Assembly: GCA_963666275.2 (NCBI GenBank)
Contig: CAXXOA010000002.1
Span: forward strand, 1,024,001 to 1,088,000
Reading direction: 5' to 3'
Length of the DNA stretch: 64,000 nt
From: Oceanispirochaeta sp.
GTDB lineage: Bacteria > Spirochaetota > Spirochaetia > DSM-2461
Shown: in pieces, positions 1 through 10,051 of the stretch
Layout: each line of letters starts with the position of its first letter
Position numbering within the stretch: the first letter of the stretch is position 1
Notes under the pieces: generated by a model
Seen by the model: the letters and a program-made list of their open reading frames with translations, nothing else
What the model was told of the DNA's origin: nothing
The model's database searches: none
Position numbers and translations under genes: made by a program

Positions 1-743
1 TGATCAAAAAAGTCGATAAAAATCCCTCCCACATTGACGGCAAACCAGAAGGTAAGGAACATGGTTGCCAGAAAAATGGGGATCGCCGCAAAGCGGTTCA
101 GAATGACCCTGTCGATTTTGTCTGTCAGACTCTCTTCATGGTCGGCCCGTTCCATCACATTTTCGCAGATAAGATCTATCTTTTTATAGATGCTGTCGGG
201 ATCATTCAGGTTCTCTGTGAGATTCTCTTTCGGGGCGGTCAGCTCCCGTTCTCCCGAAACGATCTGGAAAATAAAATCCCTGGCTCGGTCTACCGAGGAT
301 TTGTCTATCGACGTGATCGGGAGGACCGGGACGCCCAGTTCCTCTGCCAGCTTCCCGTGGTTGATTCTGATGCCCTCTTTTTCGGCAATATCAGTCATAT
401 TGAGGAAGATCATAAGGTTCTGCTGTCTTTTAATAATATCCAGGGTCAGAAAAAGGTTCCGGGAAAGATTGGAGGCATCAATGATATTGATTACAAGGTC
501 TTCGTGGTCGGCGATCGCCTTTTCGGCAATTTTCTGCTCTTCCGTATCGGGAGAGAGGTTGTATGTTCCGGGCAGATCGATCAGGTCGATGGTCCTGTCC
601 TTCAGGGTCAGAAGCCCCTCAACCTTTTCTACGGTGACCCCCGGCCAGTTCCCCACTTTATGGCGTGCCCCGGTGATGGCATTGAAAAAAGTTGTTTTCC
701 CGCAGTTGGGGACACCCGCAATGGCTATCCTCTTCATTTCCAT
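1..743 (-). CDS. feoB: Ferrous iron transporter FeoB, N-terminal part (runs off the left edge; absent from the ORF track)
   Basis: Manual translation from ATG 743: MEMKRIAIAGVPNCGKTTFFNAITGARHKVGNWPGVTVEK (G1 and G2 motifs of FeoB), later DKIDRVILNRFAAIPIF at the start of the membrane domain. ATG overlaps the feoA stop (TAATG). Confidence 0.95.
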   Translation of the reverse strand, partial: MEMKRIAIAGVPNCGKTTFFNAITGARHKVGNWPGVTVEKVEGLLTLKDRTIDLIDLPGTYNLSPDTEEQKIAEKAIADHEDLVINIIDASNLSRNLFLTLDIIKRQQNLMIFLNMTDIAEKEGIRINHGKLAEELGVPVLPITSIDKSSVDRARDFIFQIVSGERELTAPKENLTENLNDPDSIYKKIDLICENVMERADHEESLTDKIDRVILNRFAAIPIFLATMFLTFWFAVNVGGIFIDFFD

Positions 744-976
744 TACACGATTTCCTTTACCATGACAATTTTGGCTTCGTTTGTCCTCAGGGCAATCCGG
801 CTGCCTCTCAGTTTGATAACCATGGGGTTTTTGATGTTGGAGAGTCCTTTTTCCACAGGGGTACCCCGGGTAAAACCCAGTTTTTCAAGCTTCCGGGCGT
901 ATTCTGATTCTTCAATGATGTCAGATATGATATATGTTTTACCGGATTGAATTTCGGTCAGATTTATTTCGGCCAA
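743..976 (-). CDS. feoA: Ferrous iron transport protein FeoA
   Basis: 77 aa, RKLEKLGFTRGT...PMVIKLRGSRIALR FeoA pattern; AGGAGG RBS before a TTG start; coupled to feoB. Confidence 0.93.
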   Translation of the reverse strand: MAEINLTEIQSGKTYIISDIIEESEYARKLEKLGFTRGTPVEKGLSNIKNPMVIKLRGSRIALRTNEAKIVMVKEIV

Positions 977-1011
977 GATTCTCCTCCTGAGTCCTGATTA
1001 TCCTGCTATTG

Positions 1012-1030
1012 TTAATTAAAGCTAACTATA
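1012..1030 (-). promoter_or_regulatory. Candidate DtxR/MntR/TroR-type metal-repressor box upstream of feoAB
   Basis: Minus strand TATAGTTAGCTTTAATTAA matches about 13/19 of the DtxR consensus TWAGGTTAGSCTAACCTWA; lies ~35 bp upstream of feoA. Confidence 0.45.
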
Positions 1031-1167
1031 TTTTGATTCCATATCAGAGTCAATCATCGGATATTAAAATACTGATAGAAAACAGGAGAGTCCAAGAGGA
1101 AAATTAAGAGGGGAATGTTTCTGGTAAAAACATGCATTATCCTTTATAGTCTCAATGGTCAAAGATT

Positions 1168-4100
1168 ATGAAACTGTCATTTTTAAATTTATCAATCCGC
1201 AATAAACTCTTCTGGACTTTTTACCTGTTTTTTCTGGCACTCATCATTCTCACGTTTCTGATTGTCAGTTTCTTTTTTAATATGAACAGCAGGAACATGC
1301 TGGAGCAGGAACTCGAAGTGAGTGCCGAACTGGCCCTTCAGGTTGTGGAATCCAATGCACAGGATACAATCCGCTCCCATCTTAAATCTCTGACAGAATC
1401 GAGCCTGGATGTTCTGAATTTTATCTACAGGGATGGACAGGAAGAAGGACAATCTCCGCTGGAAATGCAGAAGAAGGCTTCAGAGTATCTGAGAAGTCTG
1501 ACTGTGGGAGATAATGGCTATGTGTATGTTCTGGACGGGGAGGGGACGATCCTGGTTCATCCCTTTATGGAGCTGGAAGGCACCTCGGTCAGGGAGTTCG
1601 AATTTGTTCAGCAGCAGCTGAGGGATAAAAAGGGCTACCTGGAATACCTCTGGAAGAACCCGGGAGACCCGGAAGCCCGGAGAAAAGTCCTTTATATGGA
1701 AACCTTTGCGCCCTGGCAGTGGATCGTTTCCGTTTCGGCCTACAGGGCTGAATTCCATTCTCTGGTTCAGATCGATCAGGTCAAAGAGACAATCAGCCAG
1801 ATCCGTGTGGGCAATGAGGGGTATCTCTTTGTTATGGACAGGACGGGGAAATTCCTTATCCATCCTCACTATGAAGGCGCCCATTACAATGATATACCGG
1901 TTCTTCAGGAACAGGATCGCAGTTTTTTTGATGAGATGATGGAGAACCTGAACGGTTCAATGGAGTATGAGTGGATTGATCCTGTCTCTCTGGAAAAGCA
2001 GAAGAAGATGCTGACCTACAGATACATTCCGGAGTTTGACTGGATCATTGCCACATCGGTCAAAGAGAACGAACACAGGAGAGAGCTGTTTCGCGTCAAT
2101 ATCACTCTGATCCTTATTTTTTTGATCTCCAGCTGTCTCTTCTTTCTGATCAGCCGGTATCTGTCGAAGATGCTGACCCAGCCTGTATTCAATCTTATCT
2201 CATTTATTGACAGTTCCGTGGGCACCGACTATTCAGCGAGGTTCCAATATGATGGGAATGATGAGATCAGGAGTTTATCCGATCATTTTAATCTTTTCCT
2301 CTCTATGCTGCAGAAAGAGAAGGACGAACGGCACAGGGTTGAGCAGAGAAATCGGGTTTTGGCTCAGTTTCCAGAAGGCAATCCCTATCCGGTTATGAGG
2401 GTGGACCGGAATCTGAAAGTCCTCTATGCCAATCCCGCGTCCTTTGAACTTCTGGAATCCTGGGGCGGGATGAATGCTTTTCTTCCCGAGGAATTCAGAG
2501 AGAATCTGATATCCCAGGGAGAGCCCTTCGGCAGCTTCGATTATTATACCGCTGTCAATTCCTATAATATTATTTTTTCCTACTTCAGAGAACAGGATGC
2601 GTTCTATCTATTTTTTCAGGATATTTCAGAGCGGAAGGAAAATGAGTATCAGATGCTTATGTCCGAGAGTGTTTTCAATAATACCCTGGAGGGTATTGCC
2701 ATAACAGACCCCGCCGGACACATCAAGAGGGTGAATCCCGCGTTCTGCCGCATCACAGGGTACAGTATGGATGAAGTTCTGGGACAGAATCCCAGGATCC
2801 TGAAATCTGACCGCCATGCCCCGGAGTTCTATAAAAATATGTGGGACTCGATTATTCATGAAGGTGCCTGGAGCGGGGAGATCTGGAACCGGCGTAAGAA
2901 CGGTGAAGCCTATCCGGAATGGCTGACAATCAATTCCATTTTTGATGAGAAAGGACATCTGCTCCACTATGTTTCCCTTTTCAGGGATATTTCAGATATC
3001 AAAGAGAGTGAAGAGAGGCTCAGGCATCAGGCTTACCATGATGCCCTGACCGGGCTGCCCAACAGACTGCTTTTCATGGACCGTCTCGAGCAGGCCATCA
3101 GGCAGGCCGAGAGAGGCAAAGAGAGTCTGGCTGTGATGTTTCTGGATATGGACAATTTTAAAACCATCAATGACAGCAAAGGGCATAGCGTGGGGGATTT
3201 TTTTCTGGAGAGAATCGCCGAACGGCTCAGACATTCCTGCCGTCAGGAGGATACGGTCGCCAGGCTGGGGGGAGATGAATTTACCATACTTCTGCCCTCC
3301 ATGCAGGACAACAGAAGCATTGTGGAAATAGTTCAGAGGGTTCAGGAAGTGACCCGGCAGCCCATGACCGTTCAGGATATGGAGATCATCCCTTCGGTCA
3401 GTATCGGTGTGACCTTCTACCCCCAGGACGGGGATACCATGGAACTCCTTATGAAGAATGCCGATATGGCTATGTATAAAGCCAAACAGAGCGGGAAAGG
3501 AGGATATTCCTTCTACAATTCCCGGATGGACGAACAGTTTCAGAAGCGCCTGGACATGGAGAACCGTCTGAGAAGGGCTCTTGAAAATGATGAAATCTCT
3601 CTGGTGTATCAGCCTAAAGTTTCCTCTGTCACCGGTTCGGTTCTGGGGGCGGAAGCTCTTGTCCGTTGGAAAAATCCCGATCTGGGTGTCATTCCTCCCT
3701 CCGAATTCATTCCCCTGGCAGAAGAATCCGGGTTCATTCTGGAACTGGGCGACTGGGTACTGGAGCATGCCCTGATGGACATGAAGGATTTTCAGCAATC
3801 GGGTCTTATGGATTTTGAGATGGCAGTCAATCTCTCTGCCCGGCAGTTCCGGGACTCCTCATTGACGGATCGTATCGAGAGTATTCTTGGCAGGACCGGA
3901 GTTTCCAGGCAGCAGGTCAACCTTGAAATTACAGAGAACATTGCCATGGAACACTCGGATGAGTCCATTGCCATCCTGGAGAGGCTTTACGATCTGGGAC
4001 TGAAAATATCCATAGATGACTTCGGAACGGGGTACTCCTCCTACAGTTATCTGAAGAAGTTCAGAACCCATACCCTTAAAATAGACAAGACCTTTGTAGA

Positions 4101-4308
4101 TGAGCTTCCCGGAGAGACGAAAACCTCTGCCATTATGAAGAATATGATCGATCTGGGGCATACTCTGAATATGGAGGTTGTGGCTGAAGGGGTGGAAGAG
4201 GAGAGCCAGTTTCTGCATCTGAAAGAGCTGGGCTGTGATATCATTCAGGGATACTATTTTTCAAAGCCTCTGACCAGAGAGGACTTTCTTCTGTATTTGG
4301 AATCCTGA
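1168..4308 (+). CDS. Membrane-bound diguanylate cyclase/phosphodiesterase (Cache x2, HAMP, PAS, GGDEF, EAL)
   Basis: Two TM segments around two Cache-like repeats (GYVYVLD..G..LVHP; GYLFVMD..G..LIHP); PAS (NPAFCRITGYS); intact GGDEF with RQED I-site; GAEALVRW and DDFGTGYSS. Confidence 0.95.
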   Translation: MKLSFLNLSIRNKLFWTFYLFFLALIILTFLIVSFFFNMNSRNMLEQELEVSAELALQVVESNAQDTIRSHLKSLTESSLDVLNFIYRDGQEEGQSPLEMQKKASEYLRSLTVGDNGYVYVLDGEGTILVHPFMELEGTSVREFEFVQQQLRDKKGYLEYLWKNPGDPEARRKVLYMETFAPWQWIVSVSAYRAEFHSLVQIDQVKETISQIRVGNEGYLFVMDRTGKFLIHPHYEGAHYNDIPVLQEQDRSFFDEMMENLNGSMEYEWIDPVSLEKQKKMLTYRYIPEFDWIIATSVKENEHRRELFRVNITLILIFLISSCLFFLISRYLSKMLTQPVFNLISFIDSSVGTDYSARFQYDGNDEIRSLSDHFNLFLSMLQKEKDERHRVEQRNRVLAQFPEGNPYPVMRVDRNLKVLYANPASFELLESWGGMNAFLPEEFRENLISQGEPFGSFDYYTAVNSYNIIFSYFREQDAFYLFFQDISERKENEYQMLMSESVFNNTLEGIAITDPAGHIKRVNPAFCRITGYSMDEVLGQNPRILKSDRHAPEFYKNMWDSIIHEGAWSGEIWNRRKNGEAYPEWLTINSIFDEKGHLLHYVSLFRDISDIKESEERLRHQAYHDALTGLPNRLLFMDRLEQAIRQAERGKESLAVMFLDMDNFKTINDSKGHSVGDFFLERIAERLRHSCRQEDTVARLGGDEFTILLPSMQDNRSIVEIVQRVQEVTRQPMTVQDMEIIPSVSIGVTFYPQDGDTMELLMKNADMAMYKAKQSGKGGYSFYNSRMDEQFQKRLDMENRLRRALENDEISLVYQPKVSSVTGSVLGAEALVRWKNPDLGVIPPSEFIPLAEESGFILELGDWVLEHALMDMKDFQQSGLMDFEMAVNLSARQFRDSSLTDRIESILGRTGVSRQQVNLEITENIAMEHSDESIAILERLYDLGLKISIDDFGTGYSSYSYLKKFRTHTLKIDKTFVDELPGETKTSAIMKNMIDLGHTLNMEVVAEGVEEESQFLHLKELGCDIIQGYYFSKPLTREDFLLYLES

Positions 4309-4338
4309 TAGAAAAGCCGCCAGCGTTGTCTGACAGTT

Positions 4339-5232
4339 TCAGATCTCTCTGTTTCTGGCAATAATACCCATGATGGCATAGCAGAGTTTTGCCGCCGTAT
4401 AGGCGCTGATCCTGTCGTTCTTCTCCGGCTCTGTTCCCACAATATCAAACCCTATAATATTGTGCCGTTCCGCCAGTGACGATACAAGGCTCAGGGTCTG
4501 GTACCAGGAGAGGCCCCCCGGCTCGGGATGGGATGTGCCGGGAAATACAGAGGGATCCAGGGCATCCATATCGATAGTGAGATAGATAAATTCGGGAAAA
4601 TCCGGAGAAAGGGTAATCTCCCTGCTGCCCATTCCGCTGCACAGATCAGAGGCGTCCCTGTAGGGGATATTCCTCTCTTTTCTCAGGTCCATTTCACCGG
4701 GAGAGAGGCTCCTTACCCCCATCTGGTAGATAGGAAACCCCATATCCAAAGCCCTTTTCATGACCGAAGAGTCCGTGTAGAGAGAGCCTTCATTGCTCTC
4801 TTTAAGATCCGCATGAGCATCGATCTGGACAATCCCCACATTGACGGAACCCCTTTCAATCTCCCGCAGGATTGCCAGGAAGGCCCCGTTGCTGATGGAG
4901 TGGTCTCCTCCCAGAAGAACGGGAATCTTCTCCATCTGGAAGATCATTTCCACCTTATCGGCAATACTGTTCAGAACATCCTCTTTTCTGCCTCTGCAGT
5001 TTACAGGAGGATAGGTATGAATGCCGCTTTCGGCGGGTATGCTCTTCCCGTCAAAGATTTCCAGCTCCTGGCTTGCTTCCAGAATCCTCCCGGGCCCGGA
5101 GCCTTCCATGGGAACAGGAATCAGATGAAACAGAGAGTCCTCCTGCTGGGGAAAGCCGGAGGCAAGAAAGGGTGTATCATTTTTTCTGGGGTGCATCAGA
5201 AAAAATATAGGCAGTTCCCGTCGGGGATTCAA
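4339..5232 (-). CDS. Agmatinase/ureohydrolase-family protein (degenerate; start may be ATG 5196)
   Basis: GGDHSIS, QIDAHADL, DMDALDPS and PEPGGL motifs of the arginase/agmatinase family. Confidence 0.85.
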   Translation of the reverse strand: MNPRRELPIFFLMHPRKNDTPFLASGFPQQEDSLFHLIPVPMEGSGPGRILEASQELEIFDGKSIPAESGIHTYPPVNCRGRKEDVLNSIADKVEMIFQMEKIPVLLGGDHSISNGAFLAILREIERGSVNVGIVQIDAHADLKESNEGSLYTDSSVMKRALDMGFPIYQMGVRSLSPGEMDLRKERNIPYRDASDLCSGMGSREITLSPDFPEFIYLTIDMDALDPSVFPGTSHPEPGGLSWYQTLSLVSSLAERHNIIGFDIVGTEPEKNDRISAYTAAKLCYAIMGIIARNREI

Positions 5233-5275
5233 GTCTTTCTTCCTATGGGAGGTATTTTATTCTGTCCCGGTATCT

Positions 5276-5641
5276 TCAGGAGTGAATCCGACAGCTGCTG
5301 ATCAGAAGAAAACGGCCGCCATCGGGACCACTCAGAAAATCCACATGATCCCCGGCGCCGTAGAATCCCAGCTGCTTTTCTGCGATCTCTTTTTCACCGG
5401 TGGAAATCCGCCCCTCCAGGACATGAATAAAACCCGCATGATCTTCGGGAATCCGGTGCTGCCAGTGAGTTCCGGGGGGCAGATACACTTCCAGATACTC
5501 CATATTGGTAGAGCTGTCGTCCATCGGTCCCTGTATATCCGCCAGGTGACCCGACAGGATTCTGATCCTGATTCCCTCTTCCAGAAGAGCCTCGGGTATC
5601 TGACTGGCCGGTATGATCTTTTCCACTTGTCTGAAATCCAT
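5276..5641 (-). CDS. Stand-alone pirin C-terminal cupin-like protein
   Basis: GGGGAGG RBS; YLEVYLPPG...FIHVLEG...GRFLLIS resembles the pirin C-terminal domain; N-terminal His-rich metal site absent. Confidence 0.6.
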   Translation of the reverse strand: MDFRQVEKIIPASQIPEALLEEGIRIRILSGHLADIQGPMDDSSTNMEYLEVYLPPGTHWQHRIPEDHAGFIHVLEGRISTGEKEIAEKQLGFYGAGDHVDFLSGPDGGRFLLISSCRIHS

Positions 5642-5773
5642 AAAATCCTCCCCGATGAAATCCTGTCCTTTTCTGATGTCAAGAAAAGCCGAATGGCGGG
5701 ACTCTTTGAATTCTAAAAGGACGGAAGGAAAAAATCCATGGAGATTCGGAAGGAGTCTGTCCGGGCCGCGGAA

Positions 5774-6958
5774 TCAGCCTGAGGTGATTTCTCTGTGGCC
5801 CTTCAGAAATATAATCGCCACAAGGGCTCCCATAAGAGGGAAGAGAGAGAATACCTGATAAAGGACCGGGAAATTCCAGAATTTCAGGATGATCCCGCCC
5901 AGTATTCCTCCCATAAAGAGAGGAGCACCCATTCCGGCTGCCGTATAGAGAGACATGGCTATTCCCCGGCTTCTTGCGGAAGTGGCATGATTGATCAGAG
6001 TCACCATGCAGAGGTGGTTAATTCCGAAAGAGAGGCCGTGGCAGATCTGGGCATAGTAGAGAGGAGTGAGCGAGTCCGCCAGAGAGTAGACCTGCATTCT
6101 GATGATACCAGCGGCCAGGCCGACAAGCCACAGGCGCTTCAGTGAGAATTTCTTCAGAAGAAATCCCGAATAGAAAAACAGGGGTATCTCCAGGATCGGT
6201 CCGATGGCCCAGAGGGCTCCGATTTCCGAAGTATGGAACCTGTTGCTCAGGAGCAGGGAGAAAAAGGTGTTGTGACCTGATATTCCCAGAGTATTGAGAA
6301 GGGCAATCCCCATTCCCACCCAGTAGATGGCGGGAAAGGTTTTCAGGGTGGCAAAAAAGGGCAGATGGACTTCATCCGGGCGGGAGTGCAGGTTTTCTGT
6401 GGGCAGAAAACTGATTACAAGAGCCGCCAGGGACAGCATCAGGGCGAATCCTGTAAAAACCGAATAGGGCCGGTTTCCCGACACCAGTCCTGTGATATGG
6501 ATTATTCCCAGGGTCACTGTATAGCCCAGGCTCCCCCCCTGCCGGGATCTGCCATAGCTCTCTCGGGGGTATCTCATGGTTTGTCCGTACATGGCATCCG
6601 ACAGAGATGAGGGGGATTTGATTAGAAATCCCACTCCCAGCGCCGCCGGGATAAATATCCAGAAAGAAGAGGACCGGACCAGCAGGAAGAAGAGTCCGAT
6701 TGCAGTGAGGATTATAAAAACCAGGGTTCTTCTGGGAGAGTTGAACCGGTCGTAGGCCCTTCCCAGAATCAGGAGTCCGAATATGGAGAAAAGTTCATAA
6801 CTCCCCATGAGAAATCCGATGCCGGAAGGTTCCATTCCCTTGTTCTGCAGAATCAGAGGCAGAAAGGGAGTGAGGATGGAAACAGCCCCGAAGAGAAAAA
6901 AGTAATTTGCTGTATAGGCTGTAAAATGCGATAGCTTTTCTTTCATTACACCAATCAT
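5774..6958 (-). CDS. MFS transporter (nucleoside/sugar:H+ symporter-like; probable start ATG 6946)
   Basis: About 12 hydrophobic segments, YGRSRQGGSLG and LEIPLFF motifs; divergent from the LacI-ribokinase genes. Confidence 0.85.
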   Translation of the reverse strand: MIGVMKEKLSHFTAYTANYFFLFGAVSILTPFLPLILQNKGMEPSGIGFLMGSYELFSIFGLLILGRAYDRFNSPRRTLVFIILTAIGLFFLLVRSSSFWIFIPAALGVGFLIKSPSSLSDAMYGQTMRYPRESYGRSRQGGSLGYTVTLGIIHITGLVSGNRPYSVFTGFALMLSLAALVISFLPTENLHSRPDEVHLPFFATLKTFPAIYWVGMGIALLNTLGISGHNTFFSLLLSNRFHTSEIGALWAIGPILEIPLFFYSGFLLKKFSLKRLWLVGLAAGIIRMQVYSLADSLTPLYYAQICHGLSFGINHLCMVTLINHATSARSRGIAMSLYTAAGMGAPLFMGGILGGIILKFWNFPVLYQVFSLFPLMGALVAIIFLKGHREITSG

Positions 6959-7026
6959 AATGCAATCCGGGGGGATTCAGAATAGGGATTCTCTCTTTTT
7001 ATATTTTTAAAGGAAATGTTGTTTAA

Positions 7027-7070
7027 TAAATGTTTAGCAGATTGACTAAACGTTTAATGATCATTATTAT
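7027..7070 (+). promoter_or_regulatory. Sigma70 promoter with overlapping LacI-type operators
   Basis: TTGACT 7042-7047, 17 bp, TATTAT 7065-7070; perfect palindrome TAAACGTTTA 7047-7056 and near copy TAAATGTTTA 7027-7036. Confidence 0.7.
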
Positions 7071-7078
7071 CACCCCAC

Positions 7079-8113
7079 ATGAATGTAACCATACGGGATG
7101 TGGCGGCCAAAGCCGGGGTTTCCCCGGCCACGGTTTCGCTTGTTTTAAATCATAAACCCGGAGTCGGGAATGAAACACGGGAGCATGTTTTCCGGGTGGC
7201 CAAGGCCATGAACTATGATCTGAATAACCCTGTAAAAAGTTCGGAACGGGGTGTCCTGGGGTTTCTGACCATTGCCAGGCACGGCCACATGGTCAATCCG
7301 GATCACTATGCTTTTATATCAGAGTATATTGAGGGGGCTGAAAAAGAGGCCCGCAGTGCCGGATACTCCCTTGAGGTCAGGCAGTTCGAAGAGCAGGATC
7401 TGAGCGGGATTTTCCGGGAGCTCCAGGGGCTTCCTTTTGCCGGCGCTGTCGTCCTGGCCACAGAGCTGTCAGAAGAAGATCTTTTGGTTTTCCGGGAACT
7501 TCCCTTTCCGGTTGTCTTTATTGATGCCAATCACCCCATTCCCTTCTGCGATTTTGTGGATATGGATAACGAAGGGGCGGTATTCTCCGTTTTACGGAAA
7601 CTGAAAAATAAAGGACACAAAAAAATAGGTCTGGTCAGATCCACCTATGAAACCAGAAACTTCCGCCTGAGGGAAAGAGGTTATTATGACGGACTTCTCT
7701 CCTGCGGTCTGTTCAGTTCGGATCAGTATGTCTATTCGGTGGATTCCCGTTTCCGGGATGCCTATCTGGATATGAAGAAGATCCTTGAAAGCGGAGCCGA
7801 GCTGCCTACGGCCCTGTTCTGTGTCTGTGATGTCATTGCTCTGGGGGTGATGAAGGCCCTGAAAGACTCCGGGTACAGCATTCCCGGAGATATTTCCGTG
7901 GTGGGGTTTGATGATATCCCGGCGGGGCAGATGGCAGATCCTCCTCTTTCGACGGTTCAGGTTTCCAAGCAGTACATGGGTATGAAGGCTTTCCAGCTCC
8001 TTTTCCATAGATTGAATTCCCCCGGGGACAGTCCCCGGGAAAAAATTCTCATAAGCAGCCAGGTCGTGTTCCGGGAAAGTGTCCGGGACGGCAATGCCCC
8101 AGGAGGTAAATAA
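7079..8113 (+). CDS. LacI-family transcriptional regulator
   Basis: N-terminal TIRDVAAKAGVSPATVSLVLN HTH; IPGDISVVGFDD and PPLSTV. Confidence 0.95.
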   Translation: MNVTIRDVAAKAGVSPATVSLVLNHKPGVGNETREHVFRVAKAMNYDLNNPVKSSERGVLGFLTIARHGHMVNPDHYAFISEYIEGAEKEARSAGYSLEVRQFEEQDLSGIFRELQGLPFAGAVVLATELSEEDLLVFRELPFPVVFIDANHPIPFCDFVDMDNEGAVFSVLRKLKNKGHKKIGLVRSTYETRNFRLRERGYYDGLLSCGLFSSDQYVYSVDSRFRDAYLDMKKILESGAELPTALFCVCDVIALGVMKALKDSGYSIPGDISVVGFDDIPAGQMADPPLSTVQVSKQYMGMKAFQLLFHRLNSPGDSPREKILISSQVVFRESVRDGNAPGGK

Positions 8114-8988
8114 TGAAGATTCTCAATTTCGGTTCTCTCAATATTGATCATGTCTATCAGGTTCCCCATATGGTCCGCCCGGGGGAGACTCTCTCCAGCT
8201 CGTCGCTGGATCACTTTGCCGGCGGCAAAGGTGCCAATCAGTCTGTGGCCCTGGCCAAGGCCGGTCTTGATGTCTGGCATGCGGGAAAAATCGGCGAAGA
8301 GGGAGTCTGGCTTACAGAACTCCTGCAGAAATACGGCGTTCATACAGAATATGTGGAGTCCTATGACGGTCCCACGGGACACACCATTATTCAGGTAACC
8401 CCTGAAGGACAGAACTCTATTATCCTCTTCGGCGGGGGAAATCAGAGCATCGCCCGGGAGGAGATCGACAGAACCATTGCGAATTTTTCAGAAGGGGACT
8501 ATCTGGTGCTCCAGAACGAAATCAATGAGATGCCCTATATCCTTCAGGCCGCCAGAGCCCGGGGAATGGTGATCTGCCTGAACCCGGCTCCCTTTGATCA
8601 GAAAATTCTCTCCTGGCCACTGGAAGTGGTAAACCTTCTTGTAGTCAATGAGATCGAAGCCCAGGAACTGGCCGGTGTGGAAGGAACCTTTCAGGAGGTT
8701 CTGGATGAACTGGTCCGGAAGTATCCTGATATGGAAATCCTTATGACAGTGGGAAAAGAAGGGGCCTATTTCGGCAGGAAAGAGGAGCGGATCCATGTTC
8801 CCATCGTGGAGGCGCCTGTGGTTGATACTACCGCTGCGGGAGATACCTTCTTCGGTTATTTCCTGGCATCCCGGATAAAAGGCCTTTCTGTGAAAGAGTC
8901 TATGGAGAGAGCCACCAGGGCCTCTGCTGTTACCGTATCCCGACCGGGAGCTATGGATTCCATACCCCTGGCGTCGGAACTGGACTGA
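8113..8988 (+). CDS. rbsK: Ribokinase-like PfkB sugar kinase
   Basis: GSLNID, GGKGANQ, LQNEI, NPAP, NEIEA and DTTAAGDTF motifs. Confidence 0.85.
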   Translation: MKILNFGSLNIDHVYQVPHMVRPGETLSSSSLDHFAGGKGANQSVALAKAGLDVWHAGKIGEEGVWLTELLQKYGVHTEYVESYDGPTGHTIIQVTPEGQNSIILFGGGNQSIAREEIDRTIANFSEGDYLVLQNEINEMPYILQAARARGMVICLNPAPFDQKILSWPLEVVNLLVVNEIEAQELAGVEGTFQEVLDELVRKYPDMEILMTVGKEGAYFGRKEERIHVPIVEAPVVDTTAAGDTFFGYFLASRIKGLSVKESMERATRASAVTVSRPGAMDSIPLASELD

Positions 8989-9025
8989 AAGTGATGGCCG
9001 CAGATCTGCCGCCTCAAGAGGGACA

Positions 9026-10051
9026 TTAATCCCAGTACAGAAGGATCTTTCCCGATTGGCCTGAAGCCATGATTTCAAAGCCTCTGTAAAATTCATCCAC
9101 CGGCATACGGTGGGTGATGATTCTGGTGATATCCAGACCCGACCGGATCATGGCGGCCATTTTGTACCAGGTCTCAAACATCTCTCTTCCGTAGATTCCT
9201 TTTAAAAGAAGCCCTTTGAAAATGATCTGATTCCAGTCGACCCGGGTTTCATCCGGGGGAATCCCAAGAAGGGCTACCTTCCCGCCATTGTTCATCTTCT
9301 GAAAAAGCTGGTGCTGAGCTCCGCTGCTGCCTGACATCTCCATGCCGATATCGAATCCCTCCAGCATATGAAGTTCTCCCATGATAGTGTCCAGGTCATC
9401 CGTCTCAATGTTCACGGCCCTGGTGACTCCCATCTGCCGGGCCAGATTCAGGCGGTACTCGTTTCTGTCGGTGATAATCACATACCGGGCGCCTCCGTGT
9501 CGGGCCACTGCGGCGGCCATGATCCCTATGGGACCGGCCCCTGTAATCAGCACATCCTCCCCGACCAGGTCGAAAGAGAGGGCCGTATGAACCGCATTCC
9601 CGAAAGGATCGAAAACAGCCGCCGCTTCATCGGAGATAAAATCATCCAGCTTGAAAGCATTGTAGGCGGGCATCACCAGGTATTCGGCAAAGCAGCCCTG
9701 ACGGTTAACACCGATTCCTTCGGTATTACGGCACAGATGGCGCTTTCCCGCCCGGCAGTTCCGGCAGTGACCGCAGGTGATATGCCCCTCTCCCGTCACC
9801 CGGTCACCCGGGGAAAAGCCTGCCACTTCGCTGCCCATGGCTTCCACAGTTCCCACAAACTCATGGCCTGTAATCATGGGGACCGGAATCGTTCGGGCCG
9901 CCCATTTATCCCAGTTGAATATATGTACATCCGTCCCGCAGATAGCAGTAATTTTAATCCTGATCAGCAGGTCGTTGGGGCCGTATTCCGGGAGGGGAGC
10001 ATTGATCATCCAGAGCCCCGGTTCGGCTTTGGATTTGGCCAGGGCTTTCAC
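9026..10051 (-). CDS. tdh: L-threonine 3-dehydrogenase
   Basis: [47 protein letters not shown]. Confidence 0.97.
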   Translation of the reverse strand: MKALAKSKAEPGLWMINAPLPEYGPNDLLIRIKITAICGTDVHIFNWDKWAARTIPVPMITGHEFVGTVEAMGSEVAGFSPGDRVTGEGHITCGHCRNCRAGKRHLCRNTEGIGVNRQGCFAEYLVMPAYNAFKLDDFISDEAAAVFDPFGNAVHTALSFDLVGEDVLITGAGPIGIMAAAVARHGGARYVIITDRNEYRLNLARQMGVTRAVNIETDDLDTIMGELHMLEGFDIGMEMSGSSGAQHQLFQKMNNGGKVALLGIPPDETRVDWNQIIFKGLLLKGIYGREMFETWYKMAAMIRSGLDITRIITHRMPVDEFYRGFEIMASGQSGKILLYWD

